Notes under the pieces: generated by a model | Databases searched by the model: none | What the model was told of the DNA's origin: nothing | What the model saw: the letters and a program-made list of their open reading frames with translations, nothing else | Assembly (NCBI RefSeq): GCF_009914755.1 | Contig: NC_060928.1 | Length of the DNA stretch: 64,000 nt | Reading direction: 5' to 3' (one strand) | DNA from: the human T2T-CHM13v2.0 reference genome, Homo sapiens | Shown here: positions 35,103-47,774 of the stretch, in pieces | How the letters are laid out: each line of letters opens with the position of its first letter | How positions within the stretch are numbered: the stretch's first letter is position 1 | Translations under genes and position numbers: made by a program

Positions 35103-35189
35103 CTAGAGATGCTGTTCTTGTGACCCATCCTAAAGTAACCACCTCTCTTTGGCATCATACTGTTTTAGTTCTTTGCATAGTGTGTGCCA

Positions 35190-36240
35190 GTATCAGATAT
35201 TTTTTCTTGTTTGTTTATGTATTGGCCTGCTTATTGTCTTTCTCCCACTAGATTATAAGTTCCATAAAAGCAGAGGCTTGTCTGTTTTTACGGAATTTCA
35301 AGACAGCTGCATTCCTTGTCCTATAGTCCCTGGCACATTGGAAAATGCTATGAGAATTTGTTGAATGAATGGTTACATGAAAAAAAAAAATGAATGAATG
35401 AAGACCCAGCCCAGATATAACTTGCAAAAGAAAGCCTTCTCTGATCCCTCCCACACCTCCCAAGATAGGCCATGTACCCTCCTCTTTGCTTCTCTGAAAT
35501 TCAATGCATAACTCCCGATAATCCATCCAGTTCATTCAAGAAGTATTTGTTGAGTGCTGACCACATGGCAACCAACATTCTAAGTGCTGGAAATAAAGGA
35601 GCAAACCAACCAGACCCTCTTCTGAGGAGCTTCTAACATTGTTAGGAGAGGCAGACAATGTAGATTCCAGGGATAATAAATGCATTTTATTGAATAAATG
35701 CTTCGGTTTTAAAAATCACAGAAAGTAGGGTTAGGGCATGCCAGGTAGTCAGAGAAAGACTCGGTGATAAGGCAATATTTGAGCAGAGATCTGCAGAAAG
35801 TGATGGAGCAAGTCATGCGGATGTCTGGAGTTGTGGGGAGGAATCCAGGCATAGGGAACAAGGAAAAGGGTCTGAGGTAGAAGTGTGTTTAGAATATTCT
35901 AGGAACAATCACACTACCACACTCCAGTCTGGACAACAGAGTGAGACCCTGTCTCAAAAAAAAAAATTAGAACAGTAAAGAAGCCAAGTGTGAGTGAAGG
36001 AAATAATTACAGATGGCATCAAAGTAAGATTATATGAGACCTCATGGGCCAAGATTAAGGACTTAGAATTTTATTGAGTTGGAAGGGAAAGAGTGAGGTG
36101 ATATGACTTACCATTAAGAGGTTTGCTCAGGTTCTATGAGTAGAATACAATGCAAAGGAATGGTCAAAGCAGGAAAATAGTGCAAACAGGAAGAACTAAA
36201 GTAAGCAGTGTAGATAATGAAACGTCATCTGGTTAAGTAA
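35190..36240. mobile_element. Two L2 3' remnants in opposite orientation (about 35190-35400 plus; about 35520-36240 minus)
   Basis: ctagattataagttccat...ttgttgaatgaatg; ttcattcaagaagtatttgttgagtgct...atttgagcagagatctg. Confidence 0.75.
35908..35966 (+). mobile_element. Severely 5'-truncated Alu (3' end only)
   Basis: cactccagtctggacaacagagtgagaccctgtctc followed by A11. Confidence 0.85.
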
Positions 36241-37106
36241 ACTTTTCATCACCTGCCTATAAGTGCCAAATGTTCTCAGGCCTGGAATTGCCTTATTTAA
36301 CTTATCCCAATGGCCAGTCAAATAGCTGCACATAGTAATCCATTTAGTTCAGTCTTTATTCAATTAAATTAATAGAATATGAATAGAATAGAAATTAATA
36401 GAATATCAATTAAATTAATACGCATTTTAAGCAAGTCCATATACCTTTTATCTATGTGCCTGTTTGGCAGGCTATTTTGTAGTGTTTTCCTTATTTGTTT
36501 TTCATTTGAACTAAGATATTTGATGAAAATACACTAGACTCCGATTATGTAAACTTCAATTAATTCTATATGTGATGGGTACATATATAGGTTGATTACT
36601 CAGAGATGGAAACAGTTCACTGGAAAGAACATCAAGCCCACTCAGCAAAGAACACCCAGGGCATCAGGAAAAGACATGGTATTTAAATAATATGTTATTT
36701 GATTTGCAGGTATTTACTAAGGGCCTCCAGCTACAGAGAAGGGGATAGAAAATAAGAACAAGGAGAATCAATTGGAAAAAAGTAAAGACAGACTGGGGAG
36801 AAAGCAGGTGGTGCAAAACAGATAAAATAAATAAAGAGCTTGTGATTATACCCAGAGATACCATCCACTCTTGCTTTTGGAACTCTTCTCCATCCCCATT
36901 GCCGAGGTCCTGGTCTAACCCTCATTGCTTCAAAAATGGGATGAACAAAAGCATCCTAATTGATTTATTTTCCCGCTTACCCCTAGTAGATTGCAAGTCC
37001 TTGAGGAAGAGACTGGTTCTTGTTTGTTTTTAAGTCCCCAGGCCTGGAACAGAGCTTGGCATTTAGTGGGGTTTTAGTAAGTGTGTTCAGCAGAACTGCC
37101 TTACAC

Positions 37107-38336
37107 CATCACCCTACTTGAGTATTTCTGTACAATACCACCAGAATCATCACCCTACTTGAGTATTTCTGTACAATACCACCAGAATCATCACCCTACT
37201 TGAGTATTTCTATACAATACCACCAGAATCATCACCCTACTTGAGTATTTCTATACAATACCACCAGAATCATCACCCTACTTGAGTATTTCTGTACAAT
37301 ACCACCAGAATCATCACCCTACTTGAGTATTTCTGTACAATACCACCAGAATCATCACCCTACTTGAGTATTTCTGTACAATACCACCAGAATCATCACC
37401 CTACTTGAGTATTTCTGTACAATACCACCAGAATCATCACCCTACTTGAGTATTTCTGTACAATACCACCAGAATCATCACCCTACTTGAGTATTTCTAT
37501 ACAATACCACCAGAATCATCACCCTACTTGAGTATTTCTGTACAATACCACCAGAATCATCACCCTACTTGAGTATTTCTGTACAATACCACCAGAATCA
37601 TCACCCTACTTGAGTATTTCTGTACAATACCACCAGAATCATCACCCTACTTGAGTATTTCTATACAATACCACCAGAATCATCACCCTACTTGAGTATT
37701 TCTGTACAATACCACCAGAATCATCACCCTACTTGAGTATTTCTGTACAATACCACCAGAATCATCACCCTACTTGAGTATTTCTATACAATACCACCAG
37801 AATCATCACCCTACTTGAGTATTTCTGTACAATACCACCAGAATCATCACCCTACTTGAGTATTTCTATACAATACCACCAGAATCATCACCCTACTTGA
37901 GTATTTCTGTACAATACCACCAGAATCATCACCCTACTTGAGTATTTCTGTACAATACCACCAGAATCATCACCCTACTTGAGTATTTCTGTACAATACC
38001 ACCAGAATCATCACCCTACTTGAGTATTTCTATACAATACCACCAGAATCATCACCCTACTTGAGTATTTCTGTACAATACCACCAGAATCATCACCCTA
38101 CTTGAGTATTTCTATACAATACCACCAGAATCATCACCCTACTTGAGTATTTCTGTACAATACCACCAGAATCATCACCCTACTTGAGTATTTCTGTACA
38201 ATACCACCAGAATCATCACCCTACTTGAGTATTTCTATACAATACCACCAGAATCATCACCCTACTTGAGTATTTCTATACAATACCACCAGAATCATCA
38301 CCCTACTTGAGTATTTCTGTACAATACCACCAGAAT
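37107..38336. repeat. Minisatellite/VNTR, 30 x 41 bp: CATCACCCTACTTGAGTATTTCT(G/A)TACAATACCACCAGAAT
   Basis: 1230 bp equals exactly 30 units; units differ only at position 24 (20 G, 10 A); no spacers. Confidence 0.98.
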
Positions 38337-38366
38337 AATCCTGTGTAAATGTCATATTGTGTCAAT

Positions 38367-41000
38367 GAGGGGACATAGAGCAAGATGACCAAATAGAAGC
38401 TTCCACTGATTGTCCTCCTGAAGGAACACCAAACTAAACAATTATCCACACAAAATAGCATGAGAACCAAAAATCAGGTGAGTGATCCCAGTACCTGGTT
38501 TTAACTTCATATCACTGGAAAAGGCACTGAAGAGGGTAGGAAAGACAGTCTTGAATTTCCAGTGCCATCCCTCCCCCAACTCCCAGCAGTAGCCACATGG
38601 TGCAGGGAAAGAATCTGTGTGCTTGGTGAAGGGAGAGTACAGTGATTGTGGGAGTTTGCATTAGAATTTACTGCCCCTGTCACAGCAGAAAGCAACATTG
38701 GGCAGAAATGAGCCAGTGCCCACTGAGGCCCATTTAGACCAGGCCTAGTCAGAAGGGAATCGCCCCTTCCAGTGATCAGAAACTGAGTTTCAGCAAGCCA
38801 TGCCACCATGGGCTAAAGTGTTCTTGAGTTCTGAATGAACTTGAAAGGCAGTCTAGGCCACGAGGATTCCAACTACTAGGCAAGTCCTGGTGCTGGGCTG
38901 GGCTTGGCACCAGTGGACTTGGGGTGCATGTGAACTAGCAAGATACCAGCTGGGATGGCCAAGGGAGTGCTTGCACTACCCCTCCCCCAACCCCAGGCAG
39001 TGCAGCTCACGGCTCTGGGAGAGACACTCCTTCCTTCCACTTGAGTGATGGAAAGGACAGAGTAGAGAGGACTTTGGCAACTTGGACACCAGCTCAGCCA
39101 CAGTAGGATAATGCACTGGGCAGAGTCCTGAGTTCCCCATTCCAGGCCCTAGCTCCCAGATGACATTTTTATACATATCTTAGGCCAGAAGGTAACCTGC
39201 TGCCTTGAAAAAAAAAAAAAAAGGACCCAGTCCTAGCAGGACTCATCACTTGCTGACTAAAGAGCCATGATCTCCCCAAATGAGTTCAGTAAGGCACCAA
39301 GGACCAATCCTGGGCTCTGAATAATCAGCAGTAATACCCAGGCATTACTCGCCATGGGCCTTGGGTGACATTCAGAGAAGTGCTGGTTATGGGCATGACC
39401 CAGCACATTCCCAGCTGTGGTGGCTATAGGGAGAGATTCCTGCTTTAGAAAAGGAGAGGGAAGAATAAAGGGAAATTTATCTGGCAGTTTAGGTACCAGC
39501 TCGGCCACAGTAGGGTAGAGCACCAAGCGGGCTCTTGGGGTTCCCAGTTCCAGGCCTTGGCTCTCAGATGGTATTTCTGGACCTGCCCTGGGATAGCAGG
39601 GAGCCCATTGCCCTGAAGGGAGAGTCTCAGACCTGGCAGCATTCACTACAAGCTGACCGAGGAGCCCTTGGACCTCAAGTGAATGTTGGCAGTAGCCAGG
39701 CAGTACTTGCTGTGAGCTTGGGGTAGTGGTGGCCATGGGAAAAGATTCCTCTGCTCGTGAAAAAGGGAGGGAAGAGTGGGAAGGACTTTGTCATGTGGCT
39801 TAGGGATCAGCTCAGCCACAGTAGAATAGAAGATCAGGTAGAATTCTGAGGTTTCCAACTCCAGGCCCTGGCTCATGAAGGGCGTCTCTGAACCTGCCAG
39901 GGCTGAGGACAACTTGCTGCCCTAAAGGGAAGGACACAAACCTGGCTGGCATCACCACCTGCTGACTGTAAAGCCCTTGGTCCTTGAGTGAACGTAGGCA
40001 GTAGCTAGGCAGTGGTTATCAAGGGCCTTGATGGGACTCACTGCTGTGATGGCTTCCTGTCTAACCTAGCATAGTCCCAGTGGTGGTCATAAGGATGCTT
40101 GTGTCACCCCTCCCCCAGCTCCAGGAAGCTCAGCACAGAGAGAGGGACTCTGTTTGAGAGAAAGTAAGGGAAGATAACAAGATCTCTGCCTGGTAATCCA
40201 GAGAATTCTTCTAGATCTTATCCAAGACCACCAAGGCAGAAGAGCCACGTGTTACTGGGCTTGGAGTATTCCCTAATACAGTTATAGCTACAGTGACCAA
40301 AAACCTAGATCACAAACCCAAGTCCCTTTGAATACCTGAAAAAACCTTCCCAAGAATGACAGGTACTAACAAGCTCAGACTGTGAAGACTACGATAAATA
40401 CCTAACTCTTAAATACCCAGACACCAACAAATATCAAGACCATCCAGGAAAACATGATCTCCCCAAATGAGTTCAGGAAGGCACCAAGGACCAATCCTGA
40501 CAGGGATATTGTGAACTTTCAAACAGTGAATTAAAAATAGCCATTTTGGGGAAACTCAAAGAAGTTCAAGATAACACAGAGAAGGAATATGGAATCCTAT
40601 CAGATAAACTTAACAAATAAATTGGTATAATTTGAAAAAAGCAGAAATTCTGGAGTTGAAAAGTGCAGTTGACATACTGAGGAATGTATCAGAGTCTCTT
40701 ACCAGCAGAATTGATCAAGCAGAAGAAAGAATTAGTGAACTTGAAGACAGGCTATTTGAAAATACACAGAGGAGAAAAAAGAATAAAGAATGAAGCATGC
40801 CTACGAGAGCTAGAAAATAGCCTCAACAGGGCCACTTTAAGAATTGTTGGCATTAAAGAGGAGATAGAGTGGGCTAGAAAGTGCATTCAAAGGGATAATA
40901 ACAGAACTTCCCAAACCTATAGAAAGATCAGTATTCAAGTACAAGATTATAGAACACCAAACAGATTTAACCCAAATAAGACCACCTCAAGACATTCAAT
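38367..41000 (+). mobile_element. L1PB/L1MA-type 5'UTR plus partial ORF1, 3'-truncated
   Basis: Starts gaggggacatagagcaagatgaccaaatagaagc; 5'UTR sub-repeats (cagctc(a/g)gccacagtag at 39090, 39497, 39808); ORF1p-like peptide in ORF 40684-41040 (RTPNRFNPNKTTSRH). Confidence 0.9.
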
Positions 41001-42282
41001 AAATGCCATATTATCAGTTTCTTTGCTTAAAAGTTTTTAATGGCTTTCTGCTGCCAATAGGATCTCTCTTTAATGTAGTTCCAGCTTCGTTTTCAACTCT
41101 TCCCCACGTAAATAATCCATGCCAGTCCATCCTCAGCCTGTGCTTGGAGCACATCTTCCTGATTGCTCATTCCTAACTCTCACATTCTAGTCACTATATC
41201 TATTTCAATGCTTGCTTCCTATCAGACATACCCTTTCTTCACCCCTAGCCACCCCACACCCTGTCCTTCACAATCTAGCTGAAGGCCTAGCTTTCCCAAG
41301 ACATCTTTTCCGATTTCTAAATAATCTCCCCCTCTACTCTCTGAACTCATAAATCTGTCCCACATGGGCCGCTGGTACACTGAGCCAAGATTGAATCCAG
41401 TTAGGACAGGGACCTCTAAAGGGGGTGTTTAGCTAATCTCAATACTTAGGACACTTCCATTTCAAAAGAAATCTCCATCCGAGTCCAGCCCCTGAGCTTT
41501 ACATCACTCTTTAAGAATACCTTCTCATAGCCAACTTCATTAGTGGGCACCTGGTATTTACATTGGTCTTAGTCACAAAGTTCATAAACCTCCTTTTTCT
41601 TTACCTCTGACATCCATTAAATCCCAAAGATCTGCCAACTCTACCTCCCTAAATACTTCTCCAATCTGTTCCTTTTGTTCGTATCTGTATTACCGTTACC
41701 TTGACTGTTGCCATGGGTACCCTGACTATTCCCATTTCCTTCATCTCTGCCTTTTCCTCCCTAATACCAAACTCTTAATCTACTTTACCCAGCTGGTTCA
41801 TCCTCCACAATGTTGCTACGGTGGTATTTTTAAACACCAATCTGACCCTTGTCCACAAGATACAGTCTATGCTTCTTGGCACAATGTGCAAGTTCTTTTT
41901 TACCCCTGCCTACTCTCGAGGTCTTATCTGTGACTCTTTCCCACAGGCAGCCTGTTCTAGCCTTTGCGAACTACATTTGGTTCACCAGATGTGTTTCCTT
42001 TCCCGCCCTGAATTTTCTCACCCACTGTGCCCTCTGACTGGGGGGTGGGCGGGGGGGGGGCTTAAATTGCCTCCCAGGCAAATGAGTAGAAAAATTCCTC
42101 CTAATTCATTAAAATATAGTGAAGTCCTTCTATGAGATTCCAGAGTACTTTATTTCTAATCTTTACTAGCATGTCTTATTTGTTTTAATTAATTTTTAAA
42201 TGTCCCTCCCCCACTAACTGGGAGCTCTTAGAAGTTAGCAATCACATTATTTATATCTTCATAGTACCAGAATCTGTTATAG

Positions 42283-42589
42283 CAGAGGTCCCCAACTCCT
42301 GGACCGTGGCCTGCTAGAAGCTGGGCCACAGGGCAGGAGGTGAGCAGTGAGGCAGCATTACCGCCTGAGCTCCTTCTGTCAGATCAGCGGTGGCATTAGA
42401 TTCTCATAGGAACATGAACCCTATCGTGAACTGTGCTTGCGAGGGATCTAGGTTGTGGACTCCTTATGAGAATCAAATGCCTGATGATCTGAGGTGAAAG
42501 TTTCATCCCCAAACCATGCCCCTACCTCTGTGGAAAAGTTGTCTTCCACAAAACTGGTCCCTGGTGCCAAAAAGTTTTGGGGACTGCTT
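42283..42589 (+). mobile_element. MER1B (hAT-Charlie)
   Basis: cagaggtccccaac ... ttggggactgct termini; gcattagattctcatagg core; 8-bp TSD tgttatag and tgatatag. Confidence 0.9.
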
Positions 42590-42691
42590 TGATATAGTAC
42601 GTGGCTCATACTAGATCCATAATAAATGGTGGTTGATCGATTTCAATTTATTGATTAAATGACTAAGACCCAGAAGCTGAGAGTCTATACC

Positions 42692-43208
42692 ATCACTGTG
42701 TAAAGAAGTATAATGTGAGTCACAGATGCAAGCCACATAAGTAATATTAGATTTTCCAACTAGCCATGTTCTAAAAAGTAAAAGGAAACATAAAATAGCA
42801 TAAAATTTGTTTGCCAAAAATGTTTTTATTTTTTTTCTGCTTATGCTCAAGTCTTTTTAGCTTTAAGAAGAGTATAGTCATCTTTTTTCAAATGAGCATA
42901 TTTTGTGAAGGTCATTTCCAAATATTTCATATTTTCATTCTTTCTGGTTTTTCTTAGATATTCTTTGTTATTCTTTCTCTGACATGGTTTTTAAAATTTT
43001 AATATTTTAAGATAATATCTAAAACATCATTTTAATACATGGTCAATATGAAAATTATTAATGAGGCATTTTACATTCTTGTTTTTATCCTGAGTTTTTA
43101 AAATTCAGTGTATTTTACGCTCAGAGCACATTGCAATTTGGACTGGCCAATTTTCAGGTGCTTGACCAGCTGCATGTGGCCAGTAGCTCCCAGGCTGGAC
43201 AGCAAAGC
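42692..43208 (+). mobile_element. MER33-like hAT-Charlie element (interrupted)
   Basis: gcaagccacataagtaatattagattttccaactagccatg start; gcatgtggccagtagctcccaggctggacagc end. Confidence 0.7.
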
Positions 43209-43406
43209 TCTAGATAGTAGTGGGGTCTGTCTGGGTGGGATCATCCTGATGGGATAATGGCCTGACTGCCTGGTGACAGAAGTCCAGCTGAGAGCCATGG
43301 GGGCCTTAACTAGAGGAGCCCCAGTGGGAATGGAAATTCACTTGTATGTGTAAAAATATATATAAAAATTAAAAATCCAGAAAATGATTATAAAGAAAAT
43401 AAATTT

Positions 43407-43817
<411 letters not shown>

Positions 43818-46424
43818 TTAATGCAACTTTCAAAACTGCTGTAGAACCAGGACTAAGTGACTGTTACACATGAGGCAACAGACTAAAACGTATGGTCAGT
43901 GATGCATTTGCCTGCTGTATTAATCTTGAAACTTAATTTGAAATCAAGAGAGGCACATGATGGAAACTCTAACCCCTTTTATTTCGGAATCTTAAATTAA
44001 TAGTCCTCATCTTAGTGGGTGTCATATGTTACATTTTGTAAAGTGTAGCTTTCAAAAGAAATTGCCCAAACACGCCTTTGCAACTAAGCGTGACAACATG
44101 GTCTCAGAGTGGGAACTCCTCCATGTGCTGGTCCCAGCCCTTTTCCTTCCCTCTAAGAGGCAAGTGTCAGCTTCCTAGGTGTGTAAGGAAGTGAGAGAAA
44201 CTCGCAGCTCACCCTAGCAGGAAGATCTTGCCCGCAACTACTTTCTGTCTCAGGATAACAATTGGATGCCACCTGAAGGCACCAAAGGGGTGCATGCTTA
44301 TCCTGGGCAGAGGTGTCTCCTGCAGCCCCTTTGGTCTGGGGTTTGTCAGCTCTTCATTGCTGAGGTTCCATCTCTCCTTGTCTCCTTGGGCAGCACAGGC
44401 CCATGCCTGTCCACCTGGTTTTCTTCTTCCCTAAACCCCCAATGAGAGTATAACCTTCTCCTTAAGCTGCCTTCTGTACATGAGTAATCTTTGCATCAAC
44501 ATCTCCAGCTCTCTCTCCTCCATAGTTGTGTGAGGACAATTCTCTGACTTTTTTTTTTGAATGTTAATATGTTTAAAACAGAACTCATCCTCCTTTTCCC
44601 TTTCTGAATTCTCAAGTGCTACTACTTCCCTGTCTTCAAGACTTTCAACTCTTGGCTTAGTCCATTCTTTCATCCTTTAAAACTAGATCCAAGCTGCCAC
44701 TGTTCTGGTTGACTCATCTGCCACAGTGTTTCTTCGAAGCTTGCCTTTTCTTTCCATTTTGAAAATCTCTGTCTTTGCACAAGCTTTTGTTTCTTAACAG
44801 CTGGATGTCTATGGAAATCTTTCTCTGATCTTTCCCTACCTGTGGTGTTTATGTGCTCTGGTCCAAACTGTACACAGCTGTTCACACAATATTCCTTGAA
44901 CAGTATTTACCAGATTTCATTGAGTCTAAGATGCATGGATTTTCACATTTTTTAAATGTCAGAGTCAGGATTTTTACCTTACAAATAAATTGTGTGTGAT
45001 CATGTAATTGGCAGTGCTCCAAACCCAGCCGTGACTGCCACTAGGCATCACTGGGGACTGGGCCCAAGAGCTCCATTTTTCCCCTTCAGGATATGAAATT
45101 GCTCAGATGTCTTCTTAGGGAAAAGAAGCAAAGCAATGAGGAAACCAAGCCTTTTTGAGAGGCTCGGCATCTTGATCCAAGAACAGATGAGCACAAAATA
45201 AAGTTCCTTGAAAACTAAAGTTCCTTGAAAACAACAGTTTGAACTCTGGTTTAAATGGAATAGAACTAAAAGTTCACTTTATCCTGCTAACCAGAGGACG
45301 AAGAATTGGGCACGAATCGCCAACTAGTTTTAGGCAAATAAAGAAACTAGAAATCTTTAACTTAACCAACACATCAAAATTGTATGTTAAATTTTGTGGG
45401 TCTTATATTAGCGTGGCCTTACTAATAATTTCTGAATTGGGCAATCACTTACTGTCACACTGCAAGTCTGTTGTCAGTTGTAACACCTTTCTTCCACCGT
45501 TTCTTCTCTCACCACAGCTCGACTATTCTGTTGAGCCCAATCTCCTTCTCTGGACATGTGTTTTTGTTTTTTTCTCCTCTGTCTCTTAACTGTCTTCCTG
45601 CCTGAGAATCTCAAAATGCATCTTGCTCCACAAGTTACCAAAATACGTAACTGGCTTTTATAGTTGACAGGATTTGTTGTGCTACCCTTGGTCTTTTCTC
45701 CACATTGTCAAGTAACTGATCATCCCTTTTCCATTTTCTATTAATCAAATGGATGCTGCTTTTGGCAGTGAAATAGTGAAATGCATGTCTCTTTGTTTAG
45801 TCACACATCATTTCACAGGGCCAGTGCTCCAACCTGTTTAGGTCTCTTCACATTTCAGTCATGTCCATCAAAGCCTGGACCAACCTTACCAAGTTGACAT
45901 TCCCAGAAGTATTATAAGCATGTTACATCATCCTTCTCCCATCCATGTGAGTGAGGCAGCTTATAAAAAGGGGGAAGGGAGACAAAGAGGCAAAAGGGAA
46001 GGAAAGCATTATGTCATGACTGACTTTCATTGCTCCAGTTTAATTGTAAATATCAGCTCACCATTTCTGCTGCCTGGAATGGCTCTTCTGGAATTCTCAT
46101 GCCAGACTTCTCAAGGCAGTATTATTGTTCTTCCTTTACTTTGTACTCATAGGCAATCTTCTACCTATTGCTTCTCCTAAATATACAGCAGTGACATTGT
46201 GGGAGGCTCTAGAATTTACTGGAGCAGCTAAACTTTGCTGAGCATGTATTTCTGCTACATGGTGGCTGTCTGATTATACCAACACTGAAAATTACCCAAG
46301 AGGATTGATCTTGCAATAAACAGAATTAAGAGAGGGTTGCCCATTTGCAGGGGACTACGTGTCCCCATTGAGTACAGTCACCATGAGGCCTTTCTCAAAT
46401 TCTGAGCACGTGGCAGCTATTTCT

Positions 46425-46745
46425 TTTTCTTTCTTGGTATAAATAGGGGTACAAGTATGGTTTTAGTGCATGGATATATTGAATAGTTGTAAAAAGTCTG
46501 AGCTTTTAGCATAGCCATCACCCAAATAGTATATATTGTACCCATTAAGTAATTTCTCATTTCTCACTCCCTCTCACCCTCCCATCCTCCCACCATTCTG
46601 TCTCCAGTGTCTATTATTCCACAGTCCATATCCACGTGTACGTATTATTTAGTTCCCACTGGTAAGTTAGAACAAGCGGTATTTGAATTTCTGTTTCTGG
46701 TTGTTTTTTTTTTTTTTCACTGAAGATAATGGCCAATTTCTTTCC
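46425..46745 (-). mobile_element. L1 3'UTR fragment (L1PB/L1MA-type)
   Basis: ggggtacaagtatggtttt...cattaagtaatttctcat...ttagttcccact...cactgaagataatggcc. Confidence 0.8.
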
Positions 46746-47149
46746 GTCCTCATATTTTATTATAGGAGAGAGGGAAACCTTTTGATAAGTCTTCATATAA
46801 TAAAAAGAGCACTCATTTAAGAGGTCCCCTTTGTCAATAATTAGATATAGTCCCTTGAAAAATTAACATACCTCAGTTTTCTTATCTATAAGTATTCCTT
46901 CTACCAGATCTTTAAGTTTTAAGTCTCCACATTTATGATACTGTGACCTTACCAATTCTACATGGGCAGACCATGTCACATTTCTGTCTTTGCAGAGCTG
47001 TTCTGTGTATCAACAGGCCCACCTAACCTCTCTGAAGGACAGTGTCCCGTGTACCTGTCCTTCAAGTCCAGATACATGTGTTACCTCCTCATTGGCATCT
47101 ACCCCAGAGCCCCAGGGGCAGATTAAGGTAGTTTCTCCCCTGAGCCTCA

Positions 47150-47735
47150 TTTATTATTCAGACATTTATTGAGCCTCTGCTCTGTACCAGGCAGAGTTGT
47201 GAGTGCAATGATACCATAATATTGAAAACAGAGTACCTGCCCTCATGGAGTTTACAGTCTCGCAGTTGTAAACAACAGTGACCAGGGTGGTGCTTGCAGC
47301 CCAGGAAATACAGGGTGCACTGGGCATGTGTAAAGGTTGGGGAGAAGCTCAGCCCATCTGGAGGCATCAAGAAGGCCTGTGGAGGAGTTGATGTCTAAGC
47401 TGAATCCTCAAGGTTAGGCAGTGGGAGATGGCTAGGTTAAAAGAATATTCTAGGCAGAGAGAACATACTTTCACAGGCAAATCTGAGAGAAAATTCTAAC
47501 AGTATATAGAAATTACTACCTGCCAGGCACTTATTCTAAGTGCTGTGCATACATTAACTTGTTCAATCCTTGCCATGAGTCTAGGAGATCAATCTTACCT
47601 TCTTCATTTTATTAGGTAAGGAAACTTAGAAATACGGAAGTAAATTGCTTCTGACCCTGAAGCAAATAAGTGGCAGGATCAGAATTTGAACCAAGGTAGT
47701 TTGGCCTGAATGTCCATACTCCTACTCGCTATACC
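47150..47735 (-). mobile_element. L2 3' remnant (about 47150-47480) followed by MIR (about 47500-47735)
   Basis: cagacatttattgagcctctgctctgtaccaggc; tgccaggcacttattctaagtgct...ggcaggatcagaatttgaacc. Confidence 0.7.
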
Positions 47736-47774
47736 ATACAGCCTCATTTGTTCTCACATTGGTGGAAATTTATA

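Noticed and set aside
37107-38336. CRISPR-like array
   Set aside because: Units are head-to-tail with no unique spacers, there are no cas genes, and the context is a primate intron. It is a minisatellite.
45199-45231. Short tandem duplications (also about 8232-8261, 53530-53592, 54737-54785, 54986-55047)
   Set aside because: Ordinary 15-32 bp slippage duplications with no sign of function.
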